From NCBI GenBank assembly GCA_020344335.1, contig CP070821.1, forward strand, positions 2,186,119 through 2,245,597: a DNA stretch of 59,479 nt, written 5' to 3'. Position 1 is the first letter of the stretch. Every line of letters begins with the position of its first letter. Under the pieces are notes generated by a model that did not search any database, was not told the DNA's origin, and saw only the letters and a list, made by a program, of their open reading frames with translations. This DNA comes from Gammaproteobacteria bacterium (lineage in GTDB: Bacteria; Pseudomonadota; Gammaproteobacteria; UBA9214). Both the position numbers and the translations under genes were made by a program. Positions 40,831 through 50,157 of the stretch are shown here, piece by piece.

Positions 40831-40860
40831 ATTATAAAGACGACTGAATGGGCGGGTCAA
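40831..40860 (-). promoter_or_regulatory. Near-consensus sigma70 promoter of the atp operon, TTGACC-18-TATAAT
   Basis: On the minus strand the -35 TTGACC lies at 40860-40855 and the -10 TATAAT at 40836-40831. Confidence 0.5.
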
Positions 40861-40910
40861 TAATATTAATGGCTTGGACAGGCCGGGCGTGCCGGCGTCC
40901 GCCTGGATGG

Positions 40911-41855
40911 CTAGCGGATGTGTTCGAGGATGCCGTCGAGTTCGTCGAGGCTGTTGTAATGGATCTCGAGCCTGCCCTTGCCGCCGCGCGCGGAATGCAC
41001 GATCACGCGCGCGCCGAGGGTATCCGAAAGCCTTGCCTCAAGCTGCAATACGTTCGGGTCCTTGTGATCGGGCGTGGATTTCCTGTTGTGTTTTGGCTGC
41101 TGCATCTGCTGCACCAGCCTCTCGGTGGCACGCACCGTCAGTCCCTTGCCGATTACGCGGCGGGCTGTATCCACCTGTTTCCTGCCACTTAGTGCCAGCA
41201 GTGCGCGGGCATGGCCCATTTCCAGCTCGCGGCGTTCAACCATTTCCTTTACCGCGTTTTCCAGGTCCAGCAGACGCAGCAGGTTGGACACCGCGGCCCG
41301 CGAGCGGCCAACAGCCTGGGCCGCCTCCTCGTGTGTGACCTCGAATTCATCGACCAGGCGTTTCAAGGCACGCGCCTCTTCTATCGGGTTGAGGTTCTCG
41401 CGCTGGATATTTTCAATCAGCGCGATGGCAATCGCGGAACGGTCATCGACATCGCGGATGACCACGGGAATTTCATGCAGGCCGGCGAGTTGTGCGGCAC
41501 GCCAGCGGCGCTCGCCGGCGATGATCTCGTAACGGCCCGTGCCAATGCCGCGCACCACGATCGGCTGCACCACGCCTTGCTCGCTGATGGAATCGGCAAG
41601 GTCCTGCAGTGACTCCTGGTGCATGTCGACGCGTGGCTGGTACTTGCCACGCTCAATGATGTCGACCGGCAGGGTACGCAGTGCGCCTTCAGCGGTGGAC
41701 GCCGGTTCGCCGCTCGGAACCGACCTGAGCGCCGGCGCTGTTGCGGGAACGGTATTGCTGTCGGGTGCCGCTGCCGGTTCCTGCGAGTTTGCCTGTGCTG
41801 CCGGCCCGAGCAGTGCTTCCAGTCCCCGGCCCAGTCCGCGTTTTTTGGCTGCCAT
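40911..41855 (-). CDS. parB: Chromosome partitioning protein ParB
   Basis: The product starts MAAKKRGLGRGLEALL and contains the GERRWRAA box and a helix-turn-helix region. Confidence 0.95.
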   Translation of the reverse strand: MAAKKRGLGRGLEALLGPAAQANSQEPAAAPDSNTVPATAPALRSVPSGEPASTAEGALRTLPVDIIERGKYQPRVDMHQESLQDLADSISEQGVVQPIVVRGIGTGRYEIIAGERRWRAAQLAGLHEIPVVIRDVDDRSAIAIALIENIQRENLNPIEEARALKRLVDEFEVTHEEAAQAVGRSRAAVSNLLRLLDLENAVKEMVERRELEMGHARALLALSGRKQVDTARRVIGKGLTVRATERLVQQMQQPKHNRKSTPDHKDPNVLQLEARLSDTLGARVIVHSARGGKGRLEIHYNSLDELDGILEHIR

Positions 41856-41884
41856 TGTAATTACCGTTGCTGTTCAGTGAATGA

Positions 41885-42724
41885 TCAAATCGTCGGATAG
41901 TGTGATACCGGCTGTTCTGCCGGTGCATCGTCCGCCACCGTTTCCTGCACCGGTTGCGCCGTTGTGTGGCGACGCACGTATTCACCTGCAAGGGCAAGAT
42001 AGGCCGTAGCGCCCCGCGAGGACCGGTCATAGCGCAGTACCGGCAGTCCGTGACTGGGTGCCTCCGCGAGCCGCACATTGCGCGGAATAATCGTGCGATA
42101 CACCTTGTCACCGAAGTGCTGCTGCAACTGGGCAGATACATCATTGGCCAGGTTGTTGCGCATGTCGTACATGGTACGCAGCAGGCCCTCGATTTCCAGT
42201 TCCGGATTCACAGCAATACGCACCTGTTCAATGGTTTCCAGCAGCGCCGACAGGCCCTCGAGTGCGTAATACTCGCACTGGATCGGAATGAACACGCCAT
42301 GCGCAGCCGCCAGTGCGTTGATAGTCAACATGCTCAACGACGGCGGGCAATCGATGATGATTACATCGTAGTCTCTTTGTACATAGGCCAATGCAGAACG
42401 CAGCCGGCGCTCGCGGTTATCGCGGTCCATCAGCTCTACCTCGGCGGCCGTGAGGTCGCTGTTGCCGGGCAGCAGGTCATAGCCTGCATCCGGCGCATAC
42501 ATAATTACATCTCTTATCTCGGCATGGCCGAGCAGCAGGTCATAGCCGGTCTTGATGACTTCATTTTTGTTGATGCCGCTGCCCATGGTCGCGTTACCCT
42601 GGGCATCGAGATCAACCAGCAGCACGCGGTGGCCGCTTTCCGCCATTGATGCGGCAAAATTGATACTGGTCGTTGTCTTTCCGACACCGCCCTTCTGGTT
42701 GGTTACCGCGATTATTCTGCCCAT
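41885..42724 (-). CDS. parA: Chromosome partitioning ATPase ParA/Soj
   Basis: It carries the deviant Walker A motif NQKGGVGKTT. Confidence 0.95.
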   Translation of the reverse strand: MGRIIAVTNQKGGVGKTTTSINFAASMAESGHRVLLVDLDAQGNATMGSGINKNEVIKTGYDLLLGHAEIRDVIMYAPDAGYDLLPGNSDLTAAEVELMDRDNRERRLRSALAYVQRDYDVIIIDCPPSLSMLTINALAAAHGVFIPIQCEYYALEGLSALLETIEQVRIAVNPELEIEGLLRTMYDMRNNLANDVSAQLQQHFGDKVYRTIIPRNVRLAEAPSHGLPVLRYDRSSRGATAYLALAGEYVRRHTTAQPVQETVADDAPAEQPVSHYPTI

Positions 42725-42734
42725 TATTATCTGC

Positions 42735-43409
42735 CTAGCTCGTTGTCGGGTGCATCAACACCAGGTGCCGATCCGCATCCAGACCCGGTACATTGAGTGA
42801 AACCACATCGTCAATCACGTCCTTGTCCTCCAGCCCCTCGATCTCGGCCATCGGATAGACCCCCTTCATGGCGAGCATGCGTCCGTCGGGAGCACACACT
42901 TGCGCGGCATACCGGTACAGATCCCTCAGGTCGGAAAAGGCGCGGCAGATGACCGTGCCGAACAACTCGTCCGGTCGATAGTTCTCGATACGTGCGTGTT
43001 CCAGTGTGACGTTATCCAGATCCAGGATGCCGATGGTCTGCTGGATAAAGCGCAATTTCTTGCTGCTGCTGTCAAGCAGCACAAACTCGCGTTCCGGACA
43101 GGCAATTGCCAGCGGAATGCCCGGCAGGCCGGCGCCGGTGCCAATATCCAGTATGCGATCACCGTGCAGGTGGGGTATAACCGACAGGCTGTCGAGGATA
43201 TGCCGGGTCACGATCTCGGTGGGTTTGCGGACCGAGGTCAGGTTATAGACCCGGTTCCAGTTCATCAGCTCCGTGATGTATTCCATCAAACGGTCATCAC
43301 CTGCCAGTTCTTCATCCAGCCCGAGCCCGTACAGACCGTCCTCCAGCAAATTCTGCGGATCCACGAACTTGCCGTGTTGTGATTGATTCCTTTGGGTTCG
43401 GTTGTACAT
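42735..43409 (-). CDS. rsmG: 16S rRNA m7G527 methyltransferase RsmG (GidB)
   Basis: It contains ILDIGTGAGLPGIPLAI and lies downstream of mnmG. Confidence 0.94.
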   Translation of the reverse strand: MYNRTQRNQSQHGKFVDPQNLLEDGLYGLGLDEELAGDDRLMEYITELMNWNRVYNLTSVRKPTEIVTRHILDSLSVIPHLHGDRILDIGTGAGLPGIPLAIACPEREFVLLDSSSKKLRFIQQTIGILDLDNVTLEHARIENYRPDELFGTVICRAFSDLRDLYRYAAQVCAPDGRMLAMKGVYPMAEIEGLEDKDVIDDVVSLNVPGLDADRHLVLMHPTTS

Positions 43410-43426
43410 GTATTGAAAAAAAAGTC

Positions 43427-45322
43427 TCAGGCGCTCCTGCGTTCAACGGGGCTGCGCTTTTTCAAGTGAATCAGTAATAGCGATATTGCGGCCGGGGTAA
43501 TACCCGGTATACGGGTCGCCTGGCCGACAGTCTGCGGCCTGACCGCCTGTAATTTCTCGCACACTTCGTTCGACAGTCCGCGCACGTCATTGTAATCCAA
43601 TTCCGGCGGCAGGGCTTGTTTCTGATGGCGTTGCAGGCGTGCAATCTCGGCCTGCTGGCGAACGAGGTAACCGGCATACTTCGCCTGGATCTCTATCTGC
43701 TCCGCCACCTGCCCATCAGCTACCCCGGGACCAATGCCGTCCACGGACATCAGCATGCGATACGGTACATCAGGACGGCGCAGCAGGTTCGTGGCAAATT
43801 GCTCGCGTGACAATGGTTGCTCGAGCAGCGCCGAGACTGCCGCACCCGTCGCGCTGTCGGGATGCACCAGCAGGGTATCAAGACGCTGCTGCTCGGCTTC
43901 CATTACTTCGCGTTTCGTGTTGAAGGCCTGCCAGCGCCGATCATCGACCAGTCCGAGTTTGCGCCCCGCCGGTGTCAAGCGCAGGTCGGCATTGTCCTGG
44001 CGCAGTAGCAGACGGTATTCGGCACGACTGGTAAACATGCGGTACGGCTCAAGGGTACCCCGGGTAACGAGGTCGTCGATCAACACTCCGATGTAGGCCG
44101 TGTCGCGTCCCGGTGACCAGGGCGTCTTGTCCTGTACCTGGCGTGCTGCATTGAGTCCGGCGATCAGTCCCTGCGCCGCTGCTTCCTCGTAGCCGGTAGT
44201 GCCGTTGATCTGACCGGCAAAATACAGGCCGTGAATAATTTTTGTCTCCAGCGATGTCTGCAGGTCGCGTGGATCGAAAAAATCATACTCAATGGCATAG
44301 CCCGGGCGCGTGATGTGTGCCTTCTCGAAGCCGCGTATCGAACGTACCAGCGCCTCCTGAACCTCGTAGGCAAGGCTGGTGGAAATCCCGTTGGGATAAA
44401 CCTCGTGGGTATCCAGACCCTCCGGTTCCACGAAAATCTGGTGGGATGTCTTGTCGCCAAAGCGGACGACCTTGTCCTCGATTGAGGGACAATAGCGCGG
44501 CCCGTGTGCCTGGATCGCGCCGGTAACCATCGGCGAGTCGTCCAGTCCGCCGCGAATAATGTCATGGGTCGCATCATTGGTATGGGCAATATGGCAGGAC
44601 ACCTGGCGCGGGTGTTCCGCCGCCTGACCGATAAAAGACATCACCGGCACCGGATCGTCACCGGGCTGCTCGGCGAGCTTGCAGTAATCGATGCTGCGAC
44701 CATCGAGACGGGGCGGGGTGCCGGTCTTGAGGCGCTCCACGCGTAGCGGCAGTTCCCGCAGACGCACGGCGAGGGCATTCGCCGGCGGGTCACCGGCACG
44801 TCCGCCGGCGATTTGCTGCGGGCCGATATGGATGCAGCCACCGAGAAACGTGCCCACGGTGAGCACCACCGCCGGGGCATGAAACGTCAGACCCATGTGT
44901 GTCACCACACCGGTTACCCGTTCCCCGGTAACCACGAGATCATCAACGGTCTGCTGGACAATGGTCAGGCCAGGCTGATGCTCGAGCACCGAGCGGACTG
45001 CCTTTCGGTACAACACCCGGTCGGCCTGGGCTCGGGTAGCTCGAACGGCCGGACCCTTGCTGGCATTGAGGACGCGAAACTGGATGCCGGCCCGGTCCGT
45101 GGCGCGTGCCATCAACCCGCCGAGCGCATCGATTTCCCTGACCAGATGGCTCTTGCCAATCCCGCCAATGGCCGGGTTGCAGCTCATCTGGCCGAGCGTT
45201 TCGACATTCTGCGTAAGCAACAGGGTGCGCGCGCCCAGCCGGGCAGATGCGAGCGCCGCCTCGGTGCCGGCATGTCCGCCACCGATCACAATCACCTCAT
45301 AGCTTCTGTCGGTATGTGTCAC
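43427..45322 (-). CDS. mnmG: tRNA uridine-5-carboxymethylaminomethyl modification enzyme MnmG (GidA)
   Basis: The FAD motif is [20 protein letters not shown] start at 45322 gives about 631 aa, the usual size. The ATG at 45394 would add 24 atypical residues. Confidence 0.94.
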   Translation of the reverse strand: MTHTDRSYEVIVIGGGHAGTEAALASARLGARTLLLTQNVETLGQMSCNPAIGGIGKSHLVREIDALGGLMARATDRAGIQFRVLNASKGPAVRATRAQADRVLYRKAVRSVLEHQPGLTIVQQTVDDLVVTGERVTGVVTHMGLTFHAPAVVLTVGTFLGGCIHIGPQQIAGGRAGDPPANALAVRLRELPLRVERLKTGTPPRLDGRSIDYCKLAEQPGDDPVPVMSFIGQAAEHPRQVSCHIAHTNDATHDIIRGGLDDSPMVTGAIQAHGPRYCPSIEDKVVRFGDKTSHQIFVEPEGLDTHEVYPNGISTSLAYEVQEALVRSIRGFEKAHITRPGYAIEYDFFDPRDLQTSLETKIIHGLYFAGQINGTTGYEEAAAQGLIAGLNAARQVQDKTPWSPGRDTAYIGVLIDDLVTRGTLEPYRMFTSRAEYRLLLRQDNADLRLTPAGRKLGLVDDRRWQAFNTKREVMEAEQQRLDTLLVHPDSATGAAVSALLEQPLSREQFATNLLRRPDVPYRMLMSVDGIGPGVADGQVAEQIEIQAKYAGYLVRQQAEIARLQRHQKQALPPELDYNDVRGLSNEVCEKLQAVRPQTVGQATRIPGITPAAISLLLIHLKKRSPVERRSA

Positions 45323-45652
45323 CGCAACGTAGCCCCAGGAAAAACCAGCGGGAAGTGTACGCCCTTGACCGGCAACGGGCGAATTACCCAGCATGCTGCC
45401 GCCTTCGAGCCCGATGTCCCTGAAGCAGCCATGTATATAGTATAAATCGTATATATTGTGCTAGGATACATAAATATACCCAATATGGGGTAGTTCTCAT
45501 TGAGATTACTGCAGTTTACCTCTGACGCAGGTGGCGCCAATCCACGGCACCCCTCCACCGTAGCGGAGGCGTCAGCATCCGCGGAACGGACCACCCGCAA
45601 CGATCCCAGGCCGGGTGAATATACCAGCACCTCGGGCGGCCACCGTTCTCCG

Positions 45653-46072
45653 ATGGAAGAACCTCCCCTGGGGAAACCGGTACAGCGCATCCCGGTGGAT
45701 CTCAAAGGCCTGCAAGCACGCATTTCTGCCCTGGAACAGCGGGTACACCGCCAGACCGGCCGGATCACACGACGCGCCAGGATGGCGGATCTCGAGAGGC
45801 TGCAGTTGCGCGTGCAGCGCATCGAACAAACCCTCAACAGTGAGCTCTGGGCTGCCCACCAGCGCGAGTACACCCTGCTGGAGATGCTGAGCAAACCGCC
45901 ACTAAAAAAGGTCGCCAGCGAACGCATCAAGCAGCTCTGGCGCTCGGAGATTCCTGCGGTGAGCCGCTGGCTACACCAGTCCATAAAGTGCTGCTGGCTT
46001 GAACTCCGGCATGTCTGGTGGCCAACGCTTGTCGCCGCCTGGCAGGAATCGCTCGACAAGGCACGGCGCTAA
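45653..46072 (+). CDS. Hypothetical coiled-coil protein (about 139 aa); start uncertain
   Basis: The reading frame is codon-biased and has heptad-like segments (LKGLQARISALEQRVHRQ..., LERLQLRVQRIEQTL). The track ORF begins at a TTG at 45500. Neither start has an obvious Shine-Dalgarno sequence. Confidence 0.5.
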   Translation: MEEPPLGKPVQRIPVDLKGLQARISALEQRVHRQTGRITRRARMADLERLQLRVQRIEQTLNSELWAAHQREYTLLEMLSKPPLKKVASERIKQLWRSEIPAVSRWLHQSIKCCWLELRHVWWPTLVAAWQESLDKARR

Positions 46073-46106
46073 TCCTGCGGAACGCAAGCCGGCTTCCCGG
46101 GGGAAA

Positions 46107-46775
46107 CTATTTCATCGCGGCGGTGCGCAACCCCGCCCAGAGCAATTCCAGCTGTTGCCGGTACATGGCCCCGATACTGGCCGGGTTGGTATGCTGAATA
46201 GCCAGTGGCACCCCGTAAAAAATCGACACCAGTCCGATCATGGCAGCGGGTATCAGGGTATTCGCCGGCAATTCGCCCTGCGTCATCGCCTGTTGCAACG
46301 AGGCCTTGAACAACGTTTCCAGATTGTCCTGAGCGCTTGTCTCGATCCCTTCCAGGTCCGGAAATGCCATGGCCCGCTCGACCACGGTGATCTCCGGCCG
46401 TGCTGCATGCTCCCGGTCACGCGCCACATAGGCAATGATCTCCGCCATCAAACCGGGTTTCTTCTGGATCTGTACCGCGGTGTAGCGAAACAACGCCTCG
46501 ATCACCGCCAGCCCTTTTTGCTGCAGGGCGGCTTGGGCGCCGTACCAGTTGAGCTCGATTGACCATAATTCATCCAGGTAGGCCACCAGGTCATCCTTGC
46601 GGGGAAAATAGTTGAAAAAGGTGGCCTCGGAAATCTGCACCTGGTCACACAAGGCCCGGACGGAGAGGGTATCGAGGGGTGCGGAATCCAGGTGGCGGAT
46701 CGCGGCTTGGGCCAGCGCCAGCCGGGTGCGGGCAAACTTTCTGTCACGCAAACCAGGTCGTGTTGGCTTTTCCAT
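46107..46775 (-). CDS. TetR/AcrR family transcriptional regulator
   Basis: The N-terminal helix-turn-helix reads RTRLALAQAAIRHLDSAPLDTLSVRALCDQVQISEATFFNYFPRKDDL. Confidence 0.88.
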   Translation of the reverse strand: MEKPTRPGLRDRKFARTRLALAQAAIRHLDSAPLDTLSVRALCDQVQISEATFFNYFPRKDDLVAYLDELWSIELNWYGAQAALQQKGLAVIEALFRYTAVQIQKKPGLMAEIIAYVARDREHAARPEITVVERAMAFPDLEGIETSAQDNLETLFKASLQQAMTQGELPANTLIPAAMIGLVSIFYGVPLAIQHTNPASIGAMYRQQLELLWAGLRTAAMK

Positions 46776-46787
46776 AGTTAAAGTTTA

Positions 46788-46830
46788 CTATATTTTTTTA
46801 TAAATCTGTAATTCAATATCCTGTTGAATT
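46788..46830 (-). promoter_or_regulatory. tetR promoter (TTGAAT-17-TATAGT) overlapping the inverted repeat AATTCAA-N7-TTGAATT; a candidate TetR operator
   Basis: The inverted repeat spans 46810-46816 and 46824-46830. The -35 is 46816-46811 and the -10 is 46793-46788 on the minus strand. Only 12 nt separate the -10 from the ATG, so the mRNA would be nearly leaderless. Confidence 0.45.
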
Positions 46831-47107
46831 GCTTATGTAACTTTTTTCTTTTTTCCGAAGCCGGCCAAATCCATGGTTAAACCCATGGAAACCCTGTGGT
46901 AAGGGGAATAACACCCCTGAATGCGGATGCCCAGGCAACCAACCACCAAGATATTGAAATAAAATTTTAATAATAACAATAAGTAATAATTTATAGGGTA
47001 AAATAGAATATTACTGAGTACATTATTATTTCAGCCAAGATGCGTGCAAATTCGCCTGACTGGAATGAGGAATACTAAATAATTAGTGTGTTCTATAAAA
47101 AGTGAGC

Positions 47108-48004
47108 CTATCCGGGCATGCCGGGTAACTGCAAGAGCAACAGGCGATAGCTTTTGTATTTTTCAAAGACCGCCTGGCTGCGGTTGCCGGACAGGTATTT
47201 GTAGTCAAGGCGTGCCAGTTGCCTGCGCAACAACAATTTCAACAGCCGCGTCCGCAACGGGTACTCGCCGAGCAGCCAGTTATTGAGGATTTCTACCGAT
47301 GGCACCAGGCGCTTTCCTAGCCACTCATCGAGCAGGGCGATGTTGGGACTCACCCGGGACGTCAGGTCCACATCCAGCTCAACTCCAAATTCGGAGGCCT
47401 CGACCCGCCGGTAAAACTCCTCGAGCGCATGCCCGCCCCCGAAACTCAGGTCACCGGGCCCACCCTGGCCATGCGCGGCGGTCTTGAAAAAGTCACAGAT
47501 AAGGACCTGACCGTCGGCTGCGAGCAGTCCGGGCAGGCGCTCGAACACCGCCGCCAGGGGGATGTACTGAAAACTTTCGCTGAACAGCACCAAGTCATAC
47601 TGGTTGCGCAGCCACTCGACCGGGATGGCTTCAAAGGTGGTTTCGAGCAGGGTCGTATCCCGGTCACCGAGTTCGCGCAACCGTTCCCGAACCAGCCGGT
47701 TCAGGGCAGCCGACGGATTGACCGCATCCACGCGGAAACCGCGCGTGTACAACTGCTGCAGCATCGAACCGGTGCCACAGCCGACATCGAGGATACGCGG
47801 CGCATGCATACCGGCGGTCTGCCGTCCGATGAGATCCAGCAACATATCCGTGTAACGTTGCTGGGCAACGCCCAGGTTCGACAGGATCAGCGTCAGGTCA
47901 GCATCCCACAGGCCGTAATGCAGGTCCTCGACACCCCGCATCTGCCGGGCAAGCACCAGCCCGAGCTCCCGGCTCCTCATTTTTTCACTCACCACCATCA
48001 CCAC
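47108..48004 (-). CDS. Class I SAM-dependent methyltransferase with a C-terminal extension of about 130 aa
   Basis: SAM motif I is ILDVGCGTGSM, followed by DLVLFSESFQY. The start is a GTG at 48004 or an ATG at 47980. Confidence 0.85.
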   Translation of the reverse strand: MVMVVSEKMRSRELGLVLARQMRGVEDLHYGLWDADLTLILSNLGVAQQRYTDMLLDLIGRQTAGMHAPRILDVGCGTGSMLQQLYTRGFRVDAVNPSAALNRLVRERLRELGDRDTTLLETTFEAIPVEWLRNQYDLVLFSESFQYIPLAAVFERLPGLLAADGQVLICDFFKTAAHGQGGPGDLSFGGGHALEEFYRRVEASEFGVELDVDLTSRVSPNIALLDEWLGKRLVPSVEILNNWLLGEYPLRTRLLKLLLRRQLARLDYKYLSGNRSQAVFEKYKSYRLLLLQLPGMPG

Positions 48005-48179
48005 CCGCTGTTTACTGGAGGCTGATTATCTATGAAAAAGCATGCAGAGAAAGTTGCTGTTTGCACAAGCAGGGCACGTGGCCCTGCGCCTCGCGGGACG
48101 ACCGTCCAGGGGAGGGCCGTGTCGGTATCCGACCCGGGTCGGGAATTGAAAACAGCGGTGACGCGGGATAGCGCGTTAT

Positions 48180-48635
48180 TTATTCATGGCTGAGTCTCTC
48201 GGCATACAGGCTGCCGATGCGCTCCTTGGCGATACGCAGCATGTCGGCATGCTTGACAAGGTAGTCCTTCAACACCGGGTAGCCCAGCTCCGGATAGCGG
48301 TCCATGAATGCCGTCAGGGCCGCTCCGTCCATGCGTATCAGCTTCGTGGTAGACATGGAAACGACCGTGGCAACGCGATCCGCAATGCCAAACAGGTTCA
48401 GTTCCCCAAAGGTGTCGCCGTGCGTCATCTCCATTAAGCCGGATTCAAGGTGCTTTTCGGGGCTCACATCGACGGTCATGTTGACGCGGACCACACCGCT
48501 GACAATCAGGTAGAGATCACGGCTGGTATCGCCTTCGTGCAGAATGGTTTCTCCCGGCTCGAAGGTCGTCTCCTCCCAGCATTTACCGCGGGTAAATTCG
48601 GGATGCTCCAGTATGGTGTGCAGTGCATTTGACAT
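48180..48635 (-). CDS. Stand-alone cyclic-nucleotide-binding domain protein (CAP effector domain only)
   Basis: It reads FEPGETILHEGDTSRDLYLIVSGVVRV...GDTFGELNLFG...RVATVVS. No helix-turn-helix or other output domain is present. Confidence 0.85.
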   Translation of the reverse strand: MSNALHTILEHPEFTRGKCWEETTFEPGETILHEGDTSRDLYLIVSGVVRVNMTVDVSPEKHLESGLMEMTHGDTFGELNLFGIADRVATVVSMSTTKLIRMDGAALTAFMDRYPELGYPVLKDYLVKHADMLRIAKERIGSLYAERLSHE

Positions 48636-48719
48636 TGAAATTCCCTAGCGTTTGCGGTTCCCGGGCAACCGCCTCATTCTGACAGTATCGACTGCTAAAA
48701 CAAGAACTGAAAACCAGCC

Positions 48720-50063
48720 TTATTTTCCAATGCAAAAATCGCTGAAAATCCTGCCCAGCAGGTCCTCGCTGGTGAACTCGCCGGTGATCTCGTTCAGTGC
48801 CTGTTGTGCCTGGCGCAGCTCCTCGGCCAGCAGTTCGCCCGCCTGCTGTCCACACTGGCGGATACCTTCCTGCACGGCCTGCATTGCCCGTTCCAGTGCA
48901 TCGAGGTGCCGGCGACGGGCACTGAAGCCGCCCTCTGGCAGATCAGTGAATCCGGCGCACTGTTTCAGATGTTCGCGCAGGGCCTCGATACCGGCGCCGG
49001 TACGTGCCGATATCGCCACCGCGTCAGCGCCTTCGATTGAACCGGGTCGGCGGCCGCTCAGGTCAATCTTGTTGAAAATGCGGGTATGCGGAACACCTGC
49101 CGGCAAGGCCTCGAGAATGGCGGTATCGGCTGCAGTAATACCATCCTGGTAATCAATGACCAGCAGTGCGTGATCGGCGTTGCCCAGTTCGCGGTGCGTG
49201 CGTTGTATGCCGTGCTGCTCGATCTGATCCGGGCTGTCGTGCAGGCCGGCAGTATCGATGATGTGCAGTGGCAGACCCTCGATCTGGATATGTTCGCGCA
49301 ATACATCACGCGTGGTCCCGGGAATATCGGTCACGATGGCAGCATCATAACCGGCCAGCACGTTCAGCAGGCTGGACTTGCCGGCATTTGGCCGCCCGCA
49401 GATCACCAGTGTCATACCGTCACGCAACAAGCGGCCCTGGTATGCGGCGGCGTGCACAGCATCAAATTGCTGCAGCAGGTCCTGCAACCGCCCGGCAAGC
49501 TGGCGGTCGGCAAGGAAATCGATTTCCTCTTCCGGAAAATCCAGCGCGGCCTCGACATAAGCGCGCAGCTCGATCAACTGCTCCAGCAGTGCATGCACCT
49601 GCCGGGAAAATTCGCCGTGCAGGGAGCGTACGGCCGCGCGCGCTGCCTGTGCCGTGCCACTCTCGACAAGATCGGCTATGGCCTCTGCCTGTGCCAGGTC
49701 CAGCTTGTTGTTAAGAAAGGCGCGCTCGGAAAATTCGCCCGGGCGGGCGCTGCGTGCCCCCAGTTCCAGCACGCATTGCAGCAACAGGTCCATTACCACC
49801 GGGCCGCCGTGGCCGTGCAACTCCAGCACGTGTTCGCCGGTAAATGATGCCGGTGCCGGAAAATACAGGGCCAGCCCGGTATCGATGAGAACACCGTCCG
49901 TCGCGCGGAAATCATACAAGCCGGCATGACGTGCCGGCGGTAACTCTCCGAGTAATATATGCGCAATGGCAGGCACATCCGGTCCCGAGATGCGCACCAT
50001 GCCGACGCCGCCGTAACCGGCGGGGGTGGTGATGGCGGCTATGGTATCGATGCTTGAATCCAT
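48720..50063 (-). CDS. mnmE: tRNA modification GTPase MnmE (TrmE)
   Basis: The G-domain motifs are [12 protein letters not shown] and DTAG, and the C-terminus is the conserved CIGK. Confidence 0.96.
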   Translation of the reverse strand: MDSSIDTIAAITTPAGYGGVGMVRISGPDVPAIAHILLGELPPARHAGLYDFRATDGVLIDTGLALYFPAPASFTGEHVLELHGHGGPVVMDLLLQCVLELGARSARPGEFSERAFLNNKLDLAQAEAIADLVESGTAQAARAAVRSLHGEFSRQVHALLEQLIELRAYVEAALDFPEEEIDFLADRQLAGRLQDLLQQFDAVHAAAYQGRLLRDGMTLVICGRPNAGKSSLLNVLAGYDAAIVTDIPGTTRDVLREHIQIEGLPLHIIDTAGLHDSPDQIEQHGIQRTHRELGNADHALLVIDYQDGITAADTAILEALPAGVPHTRIFNKIDLSGRRPGSIEGADAVAISARTGAGIEALREHLKQCAGFTDLPEGGFSARRRHLDALERAMQAVQEGIRQCGQQAGELLAEELRQAQQALNEITGEFTSEDLLGRIFSDFCIGK

Positions 50064-50157
50064 GGCTTGGGGAACGATTATCCGGAATTACCCCGGCGCA
50101 TCGGTTTGCCTGCCGGCGCAGTCCTGCCCGCGGACGGTTCGGCAGGAACGTGGTCGA

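Noticed and set aside
45395-45520. The AT-rich region upstream of mnmG could be an E. coli-type oriC.
   Set aside because: I found no DnaA box with two or fewer mismatches and no GATC clustering. It looks like the divergent promoter region for mnmG and the coiled-coil ORF.
45319-46059. A 246-aa minus-strand ORF overlaps the mnmG upstream region and the coiled-coil ORF.
   Set aside because: The translation is rich in Ser, Arg and Cys and runs through the AT-rich promoter region ([11 protein letters not shown]). The plus-strand frame has far better coding character.
46880-46950. The GC-rich core loosely resembles a fluoride (crcB) riboswitch, with AAAC, a hairpin and UGAAUGCGGAUGCC.
   Set aside because: The conserved GAUGG...UUC...CC 5' half and the CUGAUGAUGCCUAC 3' element are missing on both strands. 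There is also no fluoride-related downstream gene.
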